Assembly (NCBI GenBank): GCA_905178155.1
Contig: CAJINV010000004.1
Coordinates: 4,876,619-4,940,618 of the forward strand
Direction of reading: 5' to 3'
DNA from: Amoebophrya sp. A120
Lineage: Eukaryota; Protista; Dinoflagellata
DNA: 64,000 bases
The translations under genes were made by a program, and so were the position numbers. Of the stretch, positions 63,734-64,000 are shown in pieces (the stretch's first letter is position 1; each line of letters begins with the position of its first letter). The notes beneath the pieces were generated by a model. It saw only the letters and a program-made list of their open reading frames with translations, ran no database searches and was not told where the DNA came from.

Positions 63734-64000
63734 ACTTCAAGAGCGTCATGATGTAGATTTTCCCCATGGTAGTCTTCAGATGCAGATCGTCAAATAAATC
63801 GCACTTATACTTGATTGAACTACGACACAACGAACCTGAGGGGGATCAGATTCGTGTGACCTGCTTGAACAAAACATACGTCTCTACTACTTTTTTAGAA
63901 GAAACATTTTTCCGCAGAACTGCTGCAGGGTCAACTTCTGCTTCTGCATCCAATTCTACTCGTTTTCGCCGAAGAGTAAGGTTCATACATCGTGAAACGA

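Overview
Eukaryotic, intron-rich genomic DNA. All credible genes lie on the minus strand, forming a unidirectional cluster. The architecture resembles the parasitic dinoflagellate Amoebophrya (Syndiniales); this is an inference, not a database result. Recognisable genes: a divergent protein kinase-like gene, a thioredoxin + low-MW thioredoxin reductase fusion, a metacaspase, CEP20/FOPNL (FOR20), a papain-family cysteine protease with a C-terminal extra domain, and a membrane GT2 glycosyltransferase. The dominant feature is 28 transposon-like introns (introner-type elements) from at least 7 sequence families. Each starts and ends with TA, carries imperfect terminal inverted repeats (TIRs), is flanked by a 5-bp direct repeat (target-site duplication, TSD; decayed in some copies) and usually contains copies of a shared motif TTGT(C/G/A)ATGC / GCAT(G/C/T)ACAA. 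Removing the element plus exactly 5 nt restores the reading frame, often inside conserved catalytic regions. None of the intact-TSD cases offers a GT-AG or GC-AG junction, and three families occur in both orientations. Fourteen elements interrupt the GT2 gene alone, and one family member is expanded to 2.3 kb. Ordinary GT-AG introns coexist in the same genes. Coordinates were read by hand and may be off by a few nt.
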